In this document: one piece after another, positions 15,665 through 32,575 of the stretch
How the letters are laid out: each line of letters opens with the position of its first letter
Numbering within the stretch: position 1 is the stretch's first letter
NCBI RefSeq assembly: GCF_009914755.1
Contig: NC_060933.1
DNA length: 64,000 bases
Reading direction: 5' to 3' (one strand)
DNA from: the human T2T-CHM13v2.0 reference genome, Homo sapiens
The notes under the pieces: model-generated
What the model was told of the DNA's origin: nothing
The model's input: only the letters and a program-made list of their open reading frames with translations
Databases searched by the model: none
Made by a program: the position numbers and the translations under genes

Positions 15665-16043
15665 TCAAATTATTTGCTGACTATGCCGCCATCCTCTCAC
15701 TTCCAGAATTCGCCAAGATTACCGGCCCTCTTCCCTTTGAAGTCATGTGCAGCCACGTGACTTACTTTGGCTGAAGAAAGTGAACAGAGGTGACTTGTGT
15801 CACTTTCTGATGGATGTATTTAAGAGTTGTGTTCACTTCTTCTTTTCCACTAGCACAGCAAGCCCTGAACGTTATGGTGAGATGATGACATAAGATGAAG
15901 TCTCTATCAAGTCTGAGCCTCAAAGTAACTACAATGCAATTATTTTGGGGAACATAATATGAACAAGAAATAATCTTCTTTTGTTTTAAGGCACTAAGAC
16001 GTTTTGTTATTGCAATAACATAAAATAGTTTATCCTAACTAAC
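15665..16043 (+). mobile_element. Old MaLR LTR (MLT1I/J-like)
   Basis: 'cctttgaagt...gccacgtgacttactttggc...gacttgtgtcactt...aacaagaaataa...ttgttttaag...tatcctaactaaca'. Confidence 0.65.
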
Positions 16044-18394
16044 ATCCCAAGTAAAGCCGTGACAATCCTGCTTATGAGCACCTGGTAGTCTTTCCTCCCT
16101 ACCTTAGGGAGAAAAGTACTAAGGAGCGCAATGTGCCCAATGTGAGATATTAGGTCATTTTTAAAAGATGAGTGAATTTACAGTGATATATGAAAGAACT
16201 GAAGCACCTGGTCTCTATCCTGAGACCCTAATTACTAGAGAAGATGACTTTAAGAAGCAACATAAAACACCTCTGAAATATCCTTTGATACATTCCTCGA
16301 GAATCTACTTCAAATTTCTCAAGAAAGAGGGAGCCTGATTTAAAAGTTTAATTTTTAAAAAAAAAGTTATAACAATAGAAGACCTCTGGGTAATGGAGCA
16401 GAAAATAAAAACAAAAATTGTATTGGTGCACCCTTTGTTGCCTCAACAGCTCTTAAAGTGACCATGGAAGCAACAGCAATGACTGAGAAAACACAGGTCC
16501 ATCACTCACAGCAACAGGAAGAGCAGTGATTCTCCCGTACATGGCAGCAACATCCTTATGAAACCAGCCCCAAAGGCTTGCAGCCACAAACACTCTCTAT
16601 GGCTGAGCAGAGATTAACACTAGTACATATAGCAAGATGTTATTTGTTCCAAGAAAAACTGATAAACTATGCCAGGATGCTGCTAGGTGTGCAAGGTGGG
16701 GGCGGTGGGAAATTGGGACCCAGAAATTTTACCATGGAAGCCCAGACCCATTTCAGTGTCACAGTGATTGCTACCCAGATTTTTGGCAGTCCTCCTCTAG
16801 ACTAGACTGAGAAAGCAGGAATTCATATTAAAAAGGATGTTTATGGAACCATCCAACAGGATCTAGAATCAGCTGCAATCATCAGACACAGAATTAATAC
16901 ATTCCTTGGATCTTTACATCATAGCCTTTAATGACAACTACTTGGAAGCTAAACCCTTATTTCCCCAAATGGGAGAATCAACAGCAATAAAATGGCATAA
17001 AAATTGAACTTATGGGATGCCACACCAAAAACACTTTATACTTTTAAGGACATCTTTATTTATATTTTCACAGTATTTTCTTTGAAGTTTATCATCCAAA
17101 TACCATGCATATACTACAAACAGCTCTAGACTTCTCAACCCCCTCAGTCTGTAAGTTGCTTCAGGGGTAGAAATGGGTGCAACATCTAGAACAGTCATTC
17201 CAGGAATTATCTCTGAGGTATGGCTCCCACCACAGCTCATAGGCAGCAGCCTGAATCTGCTTCACTTTAATCAGGAAAGATAGATGGAATGGAGCCCACT
17301 TAGTTCGTGGCTGCCAGCCCTCTTCGTCTCCCTCCCACAGACATGCATACAGGAAACCTGGCAGCTCCCTTCCCTCTTCCTGTCATTCTCACTAGGCTAA
17401 GGAGTAGGCAGATGCAGGAGGGAGGGGGAATGCAAAGGCTGCCAGAGCACTTGCCACATTCTGTGTTGCCATCACAAGCCTCCCCAGTGCCCAGCATTTC
17501 TCAGGTGCTCTTGCTAGGTTCAAGACAGAGAAATAGATATAAGCAATTGAGCAAAGCGCCCCACAAGAAAGGCACACCCCAACATCCAAGGCTTTATTTG
17601 AAGTAACAAATACATAGGATGACTATGCCCTGATTAAATCCTCTTATTTTTACAAGAGAGAATTGAGAAATTACACAGCATTTTGCACTAAACTCAGAAA
17701 ATCTTCCTGAAAGAGTTCAGAGAAGAGCAAGGAAGAGTTAGGCAAACAATGGGTGAAAGAGGAAAAGGAAAAAAGTAATTTAACGTTGATGGATTTTTTT
17801 CCACTGTCCCCAGTAGGAAGAATCCCATTGGGGGATAGTGACATGTGCCCAAGCAGGCAAGTTTAATGGGCAAGACAGCAGACAAACTTGGGATCATGGT
17901 CTACTTCCTTTACTAATAAATGTCCCAAATGCTCCCAGCACAAGCTGTCAAAACAAATCTAGCTTTCCTCTGACTTTTGTTGATAGGTGATAACACTCAG
18001 CTCAACCAAACAAATTATAAGGCTGCTATATCAATGTAACCTCCACTCTCCCGACAATCAAAAATGTCAGGGAAAATCTACAGCATTATCTTCACTCCGA
18101 AAGACACACTCTTAAGAGTGAGGGATATAGCCCTCAGTTAAGTGATGCAAGGCAAACTGCACGAGCAGTTCAAAGTCCTCACCTAGAGCTATAGAACTGC
18201 CTTCCTTAATTTATTCATTCATACATTCCCTGCAGGATATATTGCATTTGATATAATGACCAACAAGACAAATACACCTCTTGTGCTTACAGAGCTTACA
18301 GAACCTCAAGAGAAAAAGACAAAATAGTAGGTAATTACAATAAAACGTGTTATGTCCTAGGTGCTCCTCGTGCAGTCTAAAACCACAAAGACAT

Positions 18395-18885
18395 AAAATT
18401 ATTTGAAATAGTCAAAATGTGGAAACAACCCAAATGTCCATCAACAATAATCAATTTGTTTATTGAGGCAATAAACAAATATGTGGTATACCCATACAAG
18501 GGAATATTATTTAGCCACAGAAAAAAAATGAAGTACTGATACATGCTACAATATGGATGGACCTTGAAAACATCATAATTAGGAAAAACGTCAGACACAA
18601 AAGGCCACATATTGTATGATTTAAGTTATATAACATGCCCCAAATAGGCAAATCCACAGAGACAGAAAGCAAGTTAGTGGCTTCCAGGAGCTGGGGGATG
18701 AAAGAGAATGGGGAATGACTGCTAACAGGTATGAGGTTTCTTTTGGGGGCAATAATGTTCTTAAATTAGATAGTGGTAATGGTTACACAATCTTGTCAAT
18801 ATACCAAACGCCACTCAACTATACACTTTAAAAAGGTGAATGCTATGATATGTGAGTCATATCTCAAAAAAGTAGTTACTTAAAG
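18395..18885 (+). mobile_element. L1MB-type 3' end
   Basis: 'ggaaacaacccaaatgtccatcaac...gaagtactgatacatgctacaa...cagacacaaaaggccacatattgtatgatt...aggcaaatccacagagacagaaag...tatctcaa'. Confidence 0.88.
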
Positions 18886-19849
18886 GAGAAAAAATCCACA
18901 AACCCTTTAATACGGTAAAGAAGGACCCACCTGAGCCGTATAGAATCAACTTTCCTTGTCAGAATACATGTGGTATAAGAGAAGCATGACTTTAGAATCA
19001 GACAGACTACTACCTAGCTTTTCACCGCCATGGTTTCTTAATCTGCAAATTAAGATTTGTGCAATGTTGTTACGAGTTTAAAAATAACATATCAAAGCAT
19101 CTGTTGTAAAGTAGCTTCTCAATAAACAATCACCCAACGATGTTATGGAATATCAATATTAGGAATTTCACAACTAGGGTGAGACTTCTCCAACTCTTTA
19201 GGCCAGCAGAATAGTTTCCAAGTGGATGGTATCCAGCAGGGTGATTACTAGATTGCCCTGCCGCCAAAATCAAAAGCAGAACCATGATGGCACGAGGATG
19301 TGAAGTGGAACCTATCAAGCGATCGATGCTGCCTCTTCTCCACCACGGGTCAGCATTAAAAGATCATCTCTTCCTAATTTATGAGCATCTCAGTCCATCT
19401 TGGAGACTCCATAAAATGTGTACCTTTGGAGATTTTTAAATCTCCTGTCTTTCCTCCTGTACTTTGGAGACTCTATACGCTGACTAACTGAAAAGCAGAA
19501 CTACAAGAACTAAATGCTTCATACCTGCATCATATTGGAAAGACCCTGATCAATTTCAATAAAAACCCCTTGATGTATTTCAATTGATAGACAGATTTTT
19601 CTTTAAAATATGCAACATGTGATAGGGGGAATTATGTTTACACTGCATCAAAAAAAATCAGGTAATAACTTCATTTGAGACCTCCTTATAGAAAATATAT
19701 TCCTCACAGAGCGTGGCATAATTGCAGGCACACAGTTAAAGCTCAGTAAATATTAATACTTTCTGCAATGAAAAGACATTACATAACAAACCAGCAACTG
19801 GTCAAGAAACAGAAATGCCTGTTATATGGATTGTTCTTTCCTACTAAGG

Positions 19850-20330
19850 ATGAGACATCCAAAGACCTCTGTGATGTGGCTCCTGCCTGTCTCTGCCACA
19901 TTGTGTCTACTCTCATCACAACGTACTAGTCTGTCAACACACTGAACCTCATGGAGTTCTCTAACTGCACCTAGAAGTTCTTGCTTCTAGGCCCTTGTTG
20001 ACGCTCTTCCCTTGCCTAGATCTCCCTTTCCCCATTTCTCTACCAGCTTAACTCTTACAAGTCACCTAGGATTCAGCTCCCGTGTCATCTACTTAGGAAG
20101 CCTCCCTGATCTTGCCGAGTCCTGCCCCTTGGTGTGGATGAGAGTTCCCTCACACACACTTATCTAGTACCTGTCATATTGTTATAACAACTCTCTGTTT
20201 AGTTATTTGTTTCCCATCCTAAACTGTTGGTTTCTAGAAGGTGGAATCATGGCTTTCACCGCTGTATTGTTATCTCCTAAAACAGTGCCAGGCATTGAAT
20301 AAGTGCTCACTGAGTGAGTGAATGAATGAC
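19850..20330 (+). mobile_element. L2 3' fragment
   Basis: 'ggaagcctccctgat', 'aacagtgccaggcattgaataagtgctc...gagtgaatgaatga' L2 tail. Confidence 0.7.
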
Positions 20331-20991
20331 TTTAGTCATAGTTGTATTCAGCATTTTATTGAAATAATTTTAACTATTACCAACTTCTCAAATTTCCTCA
20401 ACATTTTAAACTTAAAGAAACATGATCATATTTGATAAGAAACATCACTAATTACATTTAAATAAAACCCAGCACAATTATCACATGTAATTTACAACAG
20501 TTAATCCAATTCATACTTAATGATATGAATAATTACTATAGTGTCAAAAGTTCATTGGGCATAAAAGTCAGACAGTCAACATAAACAAATATTAAAATGT
20601 TCCTTTTATTTAAGCCAAGCAAATCATTCTTGGAATTCACTGAGGGAAGAGAGAAAAGGAACTGAGCAGGGAAGGAAACAACTCTGCCAGTTTCCTTAAT
20701 TAGAAACTGAAGTTGCTTCTGAGGCAGGTCATTCTATATCCTGCACTTTCAGGGGCTAAGGGTTACAAAGTGTCCTTATTCTTACCCGCTTCCTTGTTTA
20801 CTCACTAACCCTACCACTTGCCCAAGGAAAGAATGGGGAGAAGTTGGTCAGTGCTTTAAACCTCCCCTCAATCCTTCTCCCAGTCACTCTAATGGGTTTT
20901 CTTTTTAAAGCCCAAAGTCTGAGAGTTCTCAGGTGACATTCAATTGTTCAAGTGACAGGGGAGTCCATTCCAGCATTAAGAGTGATATACA

Positions 20992-21280
20992 GGCCGGGCG
21001 TAGTGGCTCTTGCCTATAAATCCCAGCACTTCGAGAGGCTGAGGAAAGCAGATTGCTTGAGCTCAGGAGTTCAAGACTAGCTTGGGAAATATGGTGAAAA
21101 CTGTCTCTACCAAAACTACAAAAAATTAGCTGGGTATGGTGGCACACGTCTGTGGTCTCAGGTGTCTAAGAGGCTGAGGCGGGAGGATCACTTGAGCCTG
21201 GGAGACAAAGGTGGCATTGAGCCAAGATCCCACCATTCCACTCTAGCCTGGGTGACAGAGCGAGACTCCATCTCAAAAAA
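20992..21280 (+). mobile_element. AluJ (Jb-like)
   Basis: 'gattgcttgagctcaggagttc', 'gggaggatcacttgagcctggg'; TSD agtgatata. Confidence 0.92.
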
Positions 21281-21290
21281 AGTGATATAA

Positions 21291-21593
21291 GGCAGGGTAC
21301 AGTGGCTCACATCTGTAATCCCAGCACTTTGGGAAGCTGGGGAAGGTGGATCACTTGAGGTCAGGAGTTTGAGACCAGCTTGGGCAACATAGCCAGACCC
21401 CTAGCTCTACAAAAATATAAAAATTAGCAGGGTGTGGTGGTGTGTACCTGTAATCCCAGCTACTTGGGAGGCGGAGGTGAAACAGTCACTTCAGCCCAGG
21501 AGTTGGAGGCTGCAGTAAGCTATGATCACACCGCTGGACTCCAGCCTGGTAATAGAGTGAGACCTTGTCTCAAAAAAACAAAACAACAAAAAA
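21291..21593 (+). mobile_element. AluJ (Jo/Jr-like), tandem to the previous Alu
   Basis: 'gggcaacatagccagaccc', 'gcccaggagttggaggctgcagtaagctatgatc'. Confidence 0.92.
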
Positions 21594-21871
21594 AGTGGAA
21601 TAGGTAGCTGGATGCTTTAACATACTCAGAAGTGGATCAACTTCTCAACTAGAGAATGCCAGAGCAATTCATCTATAAAAATCCTGTACATAAAGAAGGT
21701 CGAACATCTGACCACCAGAGCAACAAACCCAGGAATCATGAGGGAAAACAAAGCATTCTTTGGCTTTGTCCTGATTTTTCCTCTTTCCCTCTCAGATAAA
21801 CATCAAAATCACATACTGGCTTCAATTCCATGTGTCATTCACTTAATATAATCCCAAAAGTCATCTATTAC

Positions 21872-23253
21872 TGAGAGGTGACACCATGCTGGCAGCCCTC
21901 ACAGCCCTCGCTCGCTCTTAGTGCCTCCTCGGCCTCGGTGCCCACTCTGGCGGCACTTGAGGAGCCCTTCAGCCCACCGCTGCACTGTGGGAGCCCCTTT
22001 CTGGGCTGGCCAAGGCTGGAGAGGGCTCCCTCAGCTTGCGGTGAGGTGTGGAGGGAGAGCCCTGGGCGGGAACCAGAGCTGCACGAGGTGCTTGCGGGCC
22101 AGCGTGAGTTCTGGGTGGGCTGGGCTTGGCGGGCCGGCACTCGGAGCGCCCGGCCAGTGCCGCTGGCCCCGGGCACTGAGGGTCTTAGCACCCAGGCCAG
22201 CAGCTGCGGAGGGTGTGCCAGGTTCCCCAGCAGTGTCGGCCCGCCCGCACTGCGCTCAAATTCTCCCGGGGCCTCAGCTGCCTCCCCGTGGGGCAGGGCT
22301 CAGGACCTGCAGCCCACCATGCCTGAGCCTCCCTGGTGGGCTCCTGCGCCGCCGGAGCCTCCTGGACGAGCATCTGTCCCTGCTCCATGGGGCACGGTCC
22401 CATCGAATGCCCAAGGGCTGAGGAACACAGGCGCAAGGCAGCCTGGGACTGGCAGGCAGTTCCACCTGTGCCCCCATGCAGGACTGGGCTCAGAAGCCAA
22501 CTGGGCTCCTGAGTCTATTGGGGACTTGGAGAACCTTTATGTCTAGCTAAGGGATTGTAAATACACCAATCGGCACCCTGTATCGAGCTCAAGGTTTGCA
22601 AATGCACCAATCAGTGCTCTGTGTCTAGCTCAGGGCTTGTGAATGCACCAATCAGTGCTCTGTGTCTAGCTAATCTAGTGGGGACTTGGAGAACTTTTGT
22701 GTCTAGCTCAGGGATTGTAAACGCACCAATCAGCACCCTGTCAAAACGGACCAATCAGCTCTCTGTAAAACAGACCAATCAGCTGTCTGTTAAATGGACC
22801 AATCAGCAGGATGTGGGTGGGGCCAGATAAGGGAATAAAAGCAGGCTGCGGAGCCAGCAGTGGCAATTCTCTCTGGTTGTTTTCCACACTGTGGGAGCTT
22901 TGTTCTTTCTTGCTCCTTGGGTCCGCACTGCCTTTATGAGCTGTTAACTCTCACCGCAAACATCTGTAGTTTCACTCCTGAGGCCACGGAGACCATGAAC
23001 CCACTGGGAGGAATAAACAACTGCAGACGCCCTGCTTTAAGAGCTGTAACACTCACTGTGAAGGTCTGCAGCTTCACTCATGAAGTCAGGGAGACCACGA
23101 ACCCACCAGGAGGAAGAAACTCCGAACATATGCCTACATCAGAAGGAACAAATTCTAGACACATTACCTTTAGGAACTGTGACACACACCGCGAGGGTCC
23201 GTGGCTTTATTCTTGAAGTCAGTGAGACCAAGAACCCACCAATTCCTGACACG
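21872..23253 (+). mobile_element. LTR12 (ERV9 solo LTR; LTR12C/D/E-type)
   Basis: Starts 'tgagaggtgac', GC-rich U3, tandem 'caccaatcag' repeats, ends 'gaacccaccaattcctgacacg'; 4-bp TSD ttac (21868-21871 / 23254-23257). Confidence 0.96.
22540..22860 (+). promoter_or_regulatory. ERV9 LTR U3 enhancer/promoter: CCAAT (NF-Y) array, CACCC box, GATA site, AATAAAA TATA-like box
   Basis: CCAAT at 22566, 22607, 22648, 22726, 22751, 22775, 22799; gggtgggg ~22815; agataa 22825; aataaaa 22834-22840. Activity is inferred from known LTR12 biology. Confidence 0.75.
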
Positions 23254-23377
23254 TTACTGTGGAGAATTTGCAGTGCACAGAAACTTGTTCAAGACTGTGC
23301 TCTTTAGTACTAGCTGCCTCCCAAGAAAGGAGCAAACAGTAACATTGTATTACAGATGCTTTAAAGAGAGAGAAGAG

Positions 23378-23675
23378 GGCAGACCCAGTGGCTCACATCT
23401 GTAATTCCAGCACTTTGGTCAGGCAAGGAGGGTAGATCACTTGAGATCAGGAGTTCGGACCAGCCTGGCCAGCAGGGTGAAACCCCATCTTTACGAAACA
23501 CAAAAATCAGCTGGGCGTCGTGGCACACACCTGTAGTGCTAGCCACTCAGGAGGCTGAGGCAGGAGAATTGCTTGAACCCAGGAGGTGGAGGTTGCAGTG
23601 AGCTGAGACTGGGCCGCTGCCTTCCCGCCTGGGTGACAAAGTGGGAATCTGTCTCAGAAAAAAAAAAAAAAAAAG
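23378..23675 (+). mobile_element. AluS (Sz-like)
   Basis: 'gatcacttgagatcaggagttc', 'gcaggagaattgcttgaaccc'; A-tail. Confidence 0.9.
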
Positions 23676-24849
23676 AAAAATAATGGTTCTCTGAGCTCTT
23701 AAAGGTCGTAAGGGAGACCTTCAAATTTAGGGAAAGAAGCAGAGAAAGGAAAGGAGAAATCAAAAAGAGGACTGGACCTTCTCCCTCTGCATTCAGGTTT
23801 TTACAAAGAGAAGGTAACAGGTAATTCTGCAGATTCTCTAGAGGCCATTTTATGTGTACACACCCATTGGTTGGCAAAAACAAGTGTCACCTTCAGAAAT
23901 ATGTTGGTCATTAAAATGAACCGACCCAACAGATTTACTCTGTGTTCACTAATACCTATACCGTATTTCAAATTAGGCATAGATATCTGTCTTTTTAATA
24001 CTTTGAATAGATTTCAAATTTGCCTACCTTATTGAACTCACGGTTTAATGATTGTGGTTTGATATGAATAAGGTTATTTTCAGCATATTTTTGTGATTTT
24101 TTTGCATTCTTTTTATTAGCATGAGACAGGCATTCTATTTTGTTCATTTAAATTATTTTTAAATTAGCCTTATGCAGGCTTGGTATTTGGGGTATAATTT
24201 GGACTCCCACACATCTTAATTCATCTGGGATCCAATTAAATTATTTTGATATTCCAAAATACTTAGCTTCTACTCCCTCACTTTTCCCTTCCCAACAGTT
24301 AATCTCTTATTTATATCTACCGTGTAAGAAAGGAAGTTAGGTCAATTAAATACAGTGCTGGAAGTGTAGTCAAATGAATCTGTTCTGTTCCCAACTGACA
24401 TTCCAATTTGCATGAACTTGGACTCATCACCAATTCATCTGTGTCTGTTTCCTCATTTGCTAAAGCGAAATACTGCTATTAGTGGTCTTACACCCTAGAA
24501 TCAAGAGGAAGACACTTGGCACATGTCTCGGTAGAATGAAAATTCCTTGAGAGTCACTCATTTTTTAACACTATAAAAACTAGTCCTTTATCCTCTCCAC
24601 CTAATCCAATGCTCTAGAGGGCAGAACAAAATTGACTAATTTTTTGGCTTACTTGGTTTGTTTTCTAAGACAAGTAAATATAAAACTCCCTACAGAGAGC
24701 TATTCATACAAGTTTTTATTACATAAGTATTTCTGAAGTAAACTGTGCTCAAGTAGACACACATAACACTGACTTTTGTTTTGTTTTACAAACAGCAACA
24801 ACGTGAAAAGTCCACTGAATAATGAAGAAGAATGACACACTGGTTACAA

Positions 24850-25047
24850 GATGCTACTGAAAAATATGCCACATTCTGTTTTCTCCTGTTGGAGCTTCAC
24901 TCTTCACATTTGTATATTAAAGATTTCAAGGAATCTTGGATTAAAGAAATCATGTTTAACTTCGCTTTACTCCACATTTATTAGATGACAAAATTTTTTA
25001 CAAAGAATAATAAATAACATCCTGAGGAACAAACTTAGGGAAAGCTT
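24850..25047. mobile_element. hAT-Charlie MITE fragment (MER112/MER117-like)
   Basis: 'taaagaaatcatgtttaactt...taacatcctgaggaacaaacttagggaaagc' resembles a Charlie-family terminus. Confidence 0.35.
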
Positions 25048-25339
25048 ATCATAAAACAAATAGTTAAAGATGGACTATACCATTGAGAATTGGGCCTTTT
25101 CTGGTAGCTTAGGATGAATAATACACATTTTACATACTTTTCTTTTATCCAAAATAGCATTTTATTTTACAAAAGTAATGTTCTTCCAAAACCTTTTTAA
25201 ATGCAAATAAAGAAAAATAACTAAAAACAACCATAATCCCACCTCTTAGAATAAAATTATACTTAGCATTTTGATCTACATTGTATGCGCGTATCCATAT
25301 ATATATGTGTGTATGTCCATTTTCTTAACCGAGTTAAGA

Positions 25340-27000
<1,661 letters not shown>

Positions 27001-27002
27001 GT

Positions 27003-27361
27003 TGTGTTAGTCCATTCTCACACTGCTACAAAGATACTACCCGATACTTGATAATTTATCAACGAAAGTGGTTTAATTGACTCACAGTTCTGCATGGCTG
27101 AGGAGGCCTCAGGAAGCTTAACGATTATGGCAGAAGGGGAAGCAAGGCAGGTCGTGCATGGCGGCAGAAGAGAGCGAGAGAGGGGAAGTGCCACACTTTT
27201 AAAACCATCAGTTATCATGAGAACAAACTCACTATCACAAGAACAGCATCGGCGAAACTGCCCCTGTGATCCAATCACCTTCTGCCAGATCCCTCCTTCA
27301 ACAAGTGGCAGTTACAGTTGAAGATGAGATGTGGATGGGAACATGGAGCCAAACCATATCA
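27003..27361 (-). mobile_element. THE1D/MSTA-type MaLR solo LTR
   Basis: 'tgtgttagtccattctcacactgct...gactcacagttctgcatggctgaggaggcctcagg...agccaaaccatatca'; 5-bp TSD tcagt/ccagt. Confidence 0.92.
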
Positions 27362-27639
27362 CCAGTCATGGTTTTCAGAGACAGAGACAACTTGCAGAAA
27401 AACGCCTACAATACGATAATGTTTACAAAAGTAAACACACATCCAAATAGATGTACAAACAATACCATGCACATTCTATGTACATGTAAATGTATGTAAA
27501 CATTTTCATGGAATAGGGTTAGGAGGAGCAGGTAGACAGTAGTAGGATTGAGTAGGAGAGAAAGATGACTTCTCTGTGATAATTTGTCTTCCTTTAAGGA
27601 TAATGCTTTTATTATTTAATTTCAAAACAATGTCAAAAT

Positions 27640-30150
<2,511 letters not shown>

Positions 30151-30159
30151 ATTGTCAAA

Positions 30160-32055
30160 TCCCAAATATTTTAATACAATAATGGTGACGGGTAAATCAA
30201 TTATATCTCTACTATAAAGGTTAAAAGAAAAAATTATTAAAAACAACTAACATAACAATAATTTGTTAAGAGATACAAATTATTTAAAAATGTAAATTGT
30301 GACATCAAAAACAATAAAACCTGGGAAGAAGGGGAATAAAAATATAGAGTTTGTGTATGCAATCAAAGTTAAGTTTTTATTTGTTAAAATAGGCAGTTAT
30401 ATGTATAAGATGCTTTATGTAAGCTTCAGGGTAAACAAAATGCAAAATACTATAATTGATATGCAAAAGATAAAAATAAAATAAATAAAATATATCACTA
30501 AAGAAAGCCATCAAGCCACAAAGAAAGAAAGCAATAGAGGAAGAAAGGAAAAAAGGATTTATACAACAACCAGAAAACAACAAAATGGCAGCAGTAAGTC
30601 CTCACATATCAGTAATCACTTTGAATGTAAATTAATTAAATTCTCCAATCAAAAGGCATAGAGTGACTGAATGGATTACGAAAACAAGACCCAGCTACAT
30701 GCTGTCTACAAGAAACTCACTTCACCTTAAAGGACACTCATAGACTAAAAGTGAAGGGATGAGAAAAGACATTCCATGCAAATGGAAGTCAAAAGAGAAC
30801 ACGTGTAGATATTTTTATTTCAGACAATATATTTTAGGTCAAAAACTTTAAAAAGAGACAACAAAGGTTATTATATAGTGATAAAGGCATACGTTCATCA
30901 AGAGAATTTAACAATTACCAATATACATGCATCCAATATCAGAGCACCTAAATGTAAAAAGTGACATTAAGAGATCTAGAAGAAGACATAGACTAGAACA
31001 CAATAATAGCAGGGGATTGTAATACCCTACTTTCAACAACAGACTGATTATCCAGACAGAAAGCCAGTAAGGAAACATGGGCCTTCAACTATACTTCAGA
31101 CCAGATACAACTAACAGACATAGATGGAGGACTCCACCCAACAGAATACATTCTTCTCAAATGCACACAGAACTTTCTTCAGGATAGGCTATATGTTAGG
31201 TCACAAAACTAGTTTTGACATGCTTAATAAGATCAAAATTATATGAAATTATTTTCTGACCACAAGTATAGGAAACTAGACATCAATAAGAGAAGAAATC
31301 ATGGAAAAAGTTAACAAATGTGTAGAAATTAAACAATATTCTCCTGAGCAACTACTAGGTCTAAGAAGAAATTAAAGGAGAAATTTTAAAATAGCTTAAG
31401 ACAAATAAAAATGAAAACAACATATCAAAACTTATGGGATGCAGCAAAAACAGTTCTAAGAGGGAAGTTTATAGCAGCAAGTGCCTACATCAAAATAGAA
31501 AAAAAAAAAACAAAAAACCTCAAATAGACAACCTAATGTTATACCCAAGGAAATGGAAAAAGAACCAACTAAGCCCAAAGTTAGCAGAAGAAAGAAAATA
31601 ATAAAGATCAGAACAGAAATAAGAAAATACAGAATAGAAAACATCAATGAAGCTAAGTTGGTTTTTTAAAAAGCCAAAAAAAAACTGACCAATGTTTAGC
31701 TAGACTAAATAAGAAAAAAAGAGAGAAGCATCAAATAAATAAAATCAGAAATGGAAGAGGAGACATTACAACTGACAACCAATAAATACAAAGGACTAGC
31801 ATGAACAATTATAAACCAATCAGTTGGAGAACTCACATGAAATGGATGAATTCCTAGAAACATATAACCTACCAGGACTGAATCACAAATAAGTTAGAAA
31901 TCTGTACAGACCAATAACAAGTAAGGAGATTCAATCAGTAATTAAAAGTCATCAACAAAAATCTCAGGACCAGATGGCTTCCCAGCTGAATTCTATCAAA
32001 CATTTAAAGAACTAAAACCAATCCTTCCTAAACACTTCCAAAAAGTTGAGAAAGG
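30160..32055 (+). mobile_element. L1MA/MB fragment: spacer, ORF2 endonuclease and start of RT, 3' truncated
   Basis: 'atatcagtaatcactttgaatgtaaat' (ISVITLNVN), 'caagacccagctacatgctgtctacaagaaactcac' (QDP.TCCLQETH), 'caggaccagatggcttccca' (GPDGF). Confidence 0.9.
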
Positions 32056-32575
32056 GGGCCCAAGGCAGATGTTTCACTGAACCCAATGACACATGAATAC
32101 AACTTAAAAGTTTATTTTAACTCTGTCTCAGAAGAAATCGTTTTGCCCCTCATATCAAGTAGATTCCAAATATATAGTAGTAAAACTTTAAAATCAAATA
32201 TTTTTAAAGTTGGGCTTGCTTTATTAGCATGAAAAATGTTTAATTAAATCAAATTAATGAGTTAATTAACAATTATTGGATGCAAGGGCATATACTCAAT
32301 GCTATGGTAGATAAAAGTTACATAAAGCAAAGTTCCTCTCCTTAACAGTTAGCATAAAATAGTACTGGCTCCTTTATTCATAGTCCTTTTTTCAGATAAT
32401 TTTTCTTATATCTGCTAGATGTGTATAGTAAGAATAGAGGAAGTTAAAGTACATCTTACATTTCCAATTTGTGACTTTTTGACACAAACTGCAAAGAAAG
32501 TAGTTATGTGGCTATCTATGGAGTACCCTAAGAGGTAAACCCCATCAAATACCAACTCAGACACACAATAGAGTA

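Noticed and set aside
19130-19357. Minus-strand frame 'NADPWWRRGSIDRLIG' resembling an SH3 WW motif, with a few retained CpGs
   Set aside because: No ALYDY or G.FP.NYV motifs and no fitting splice sites; most likely chance.
22540-22810. Regularly spaced ~41-bp and ~24-bp repeats resembling a CRISPR array
   Set aside because: These are the known ERV9 U3 enhancer tandem repeats; there are no unique spacers and the context is eukaryotic.
21868-23307. Longest ORFs in the track (222, 166, 118 and 107 aa)
   Set aside because: All lie in the GC-rich LTR12, where stop codons are scarce; they overlap in several frames and show no recognisable domain.
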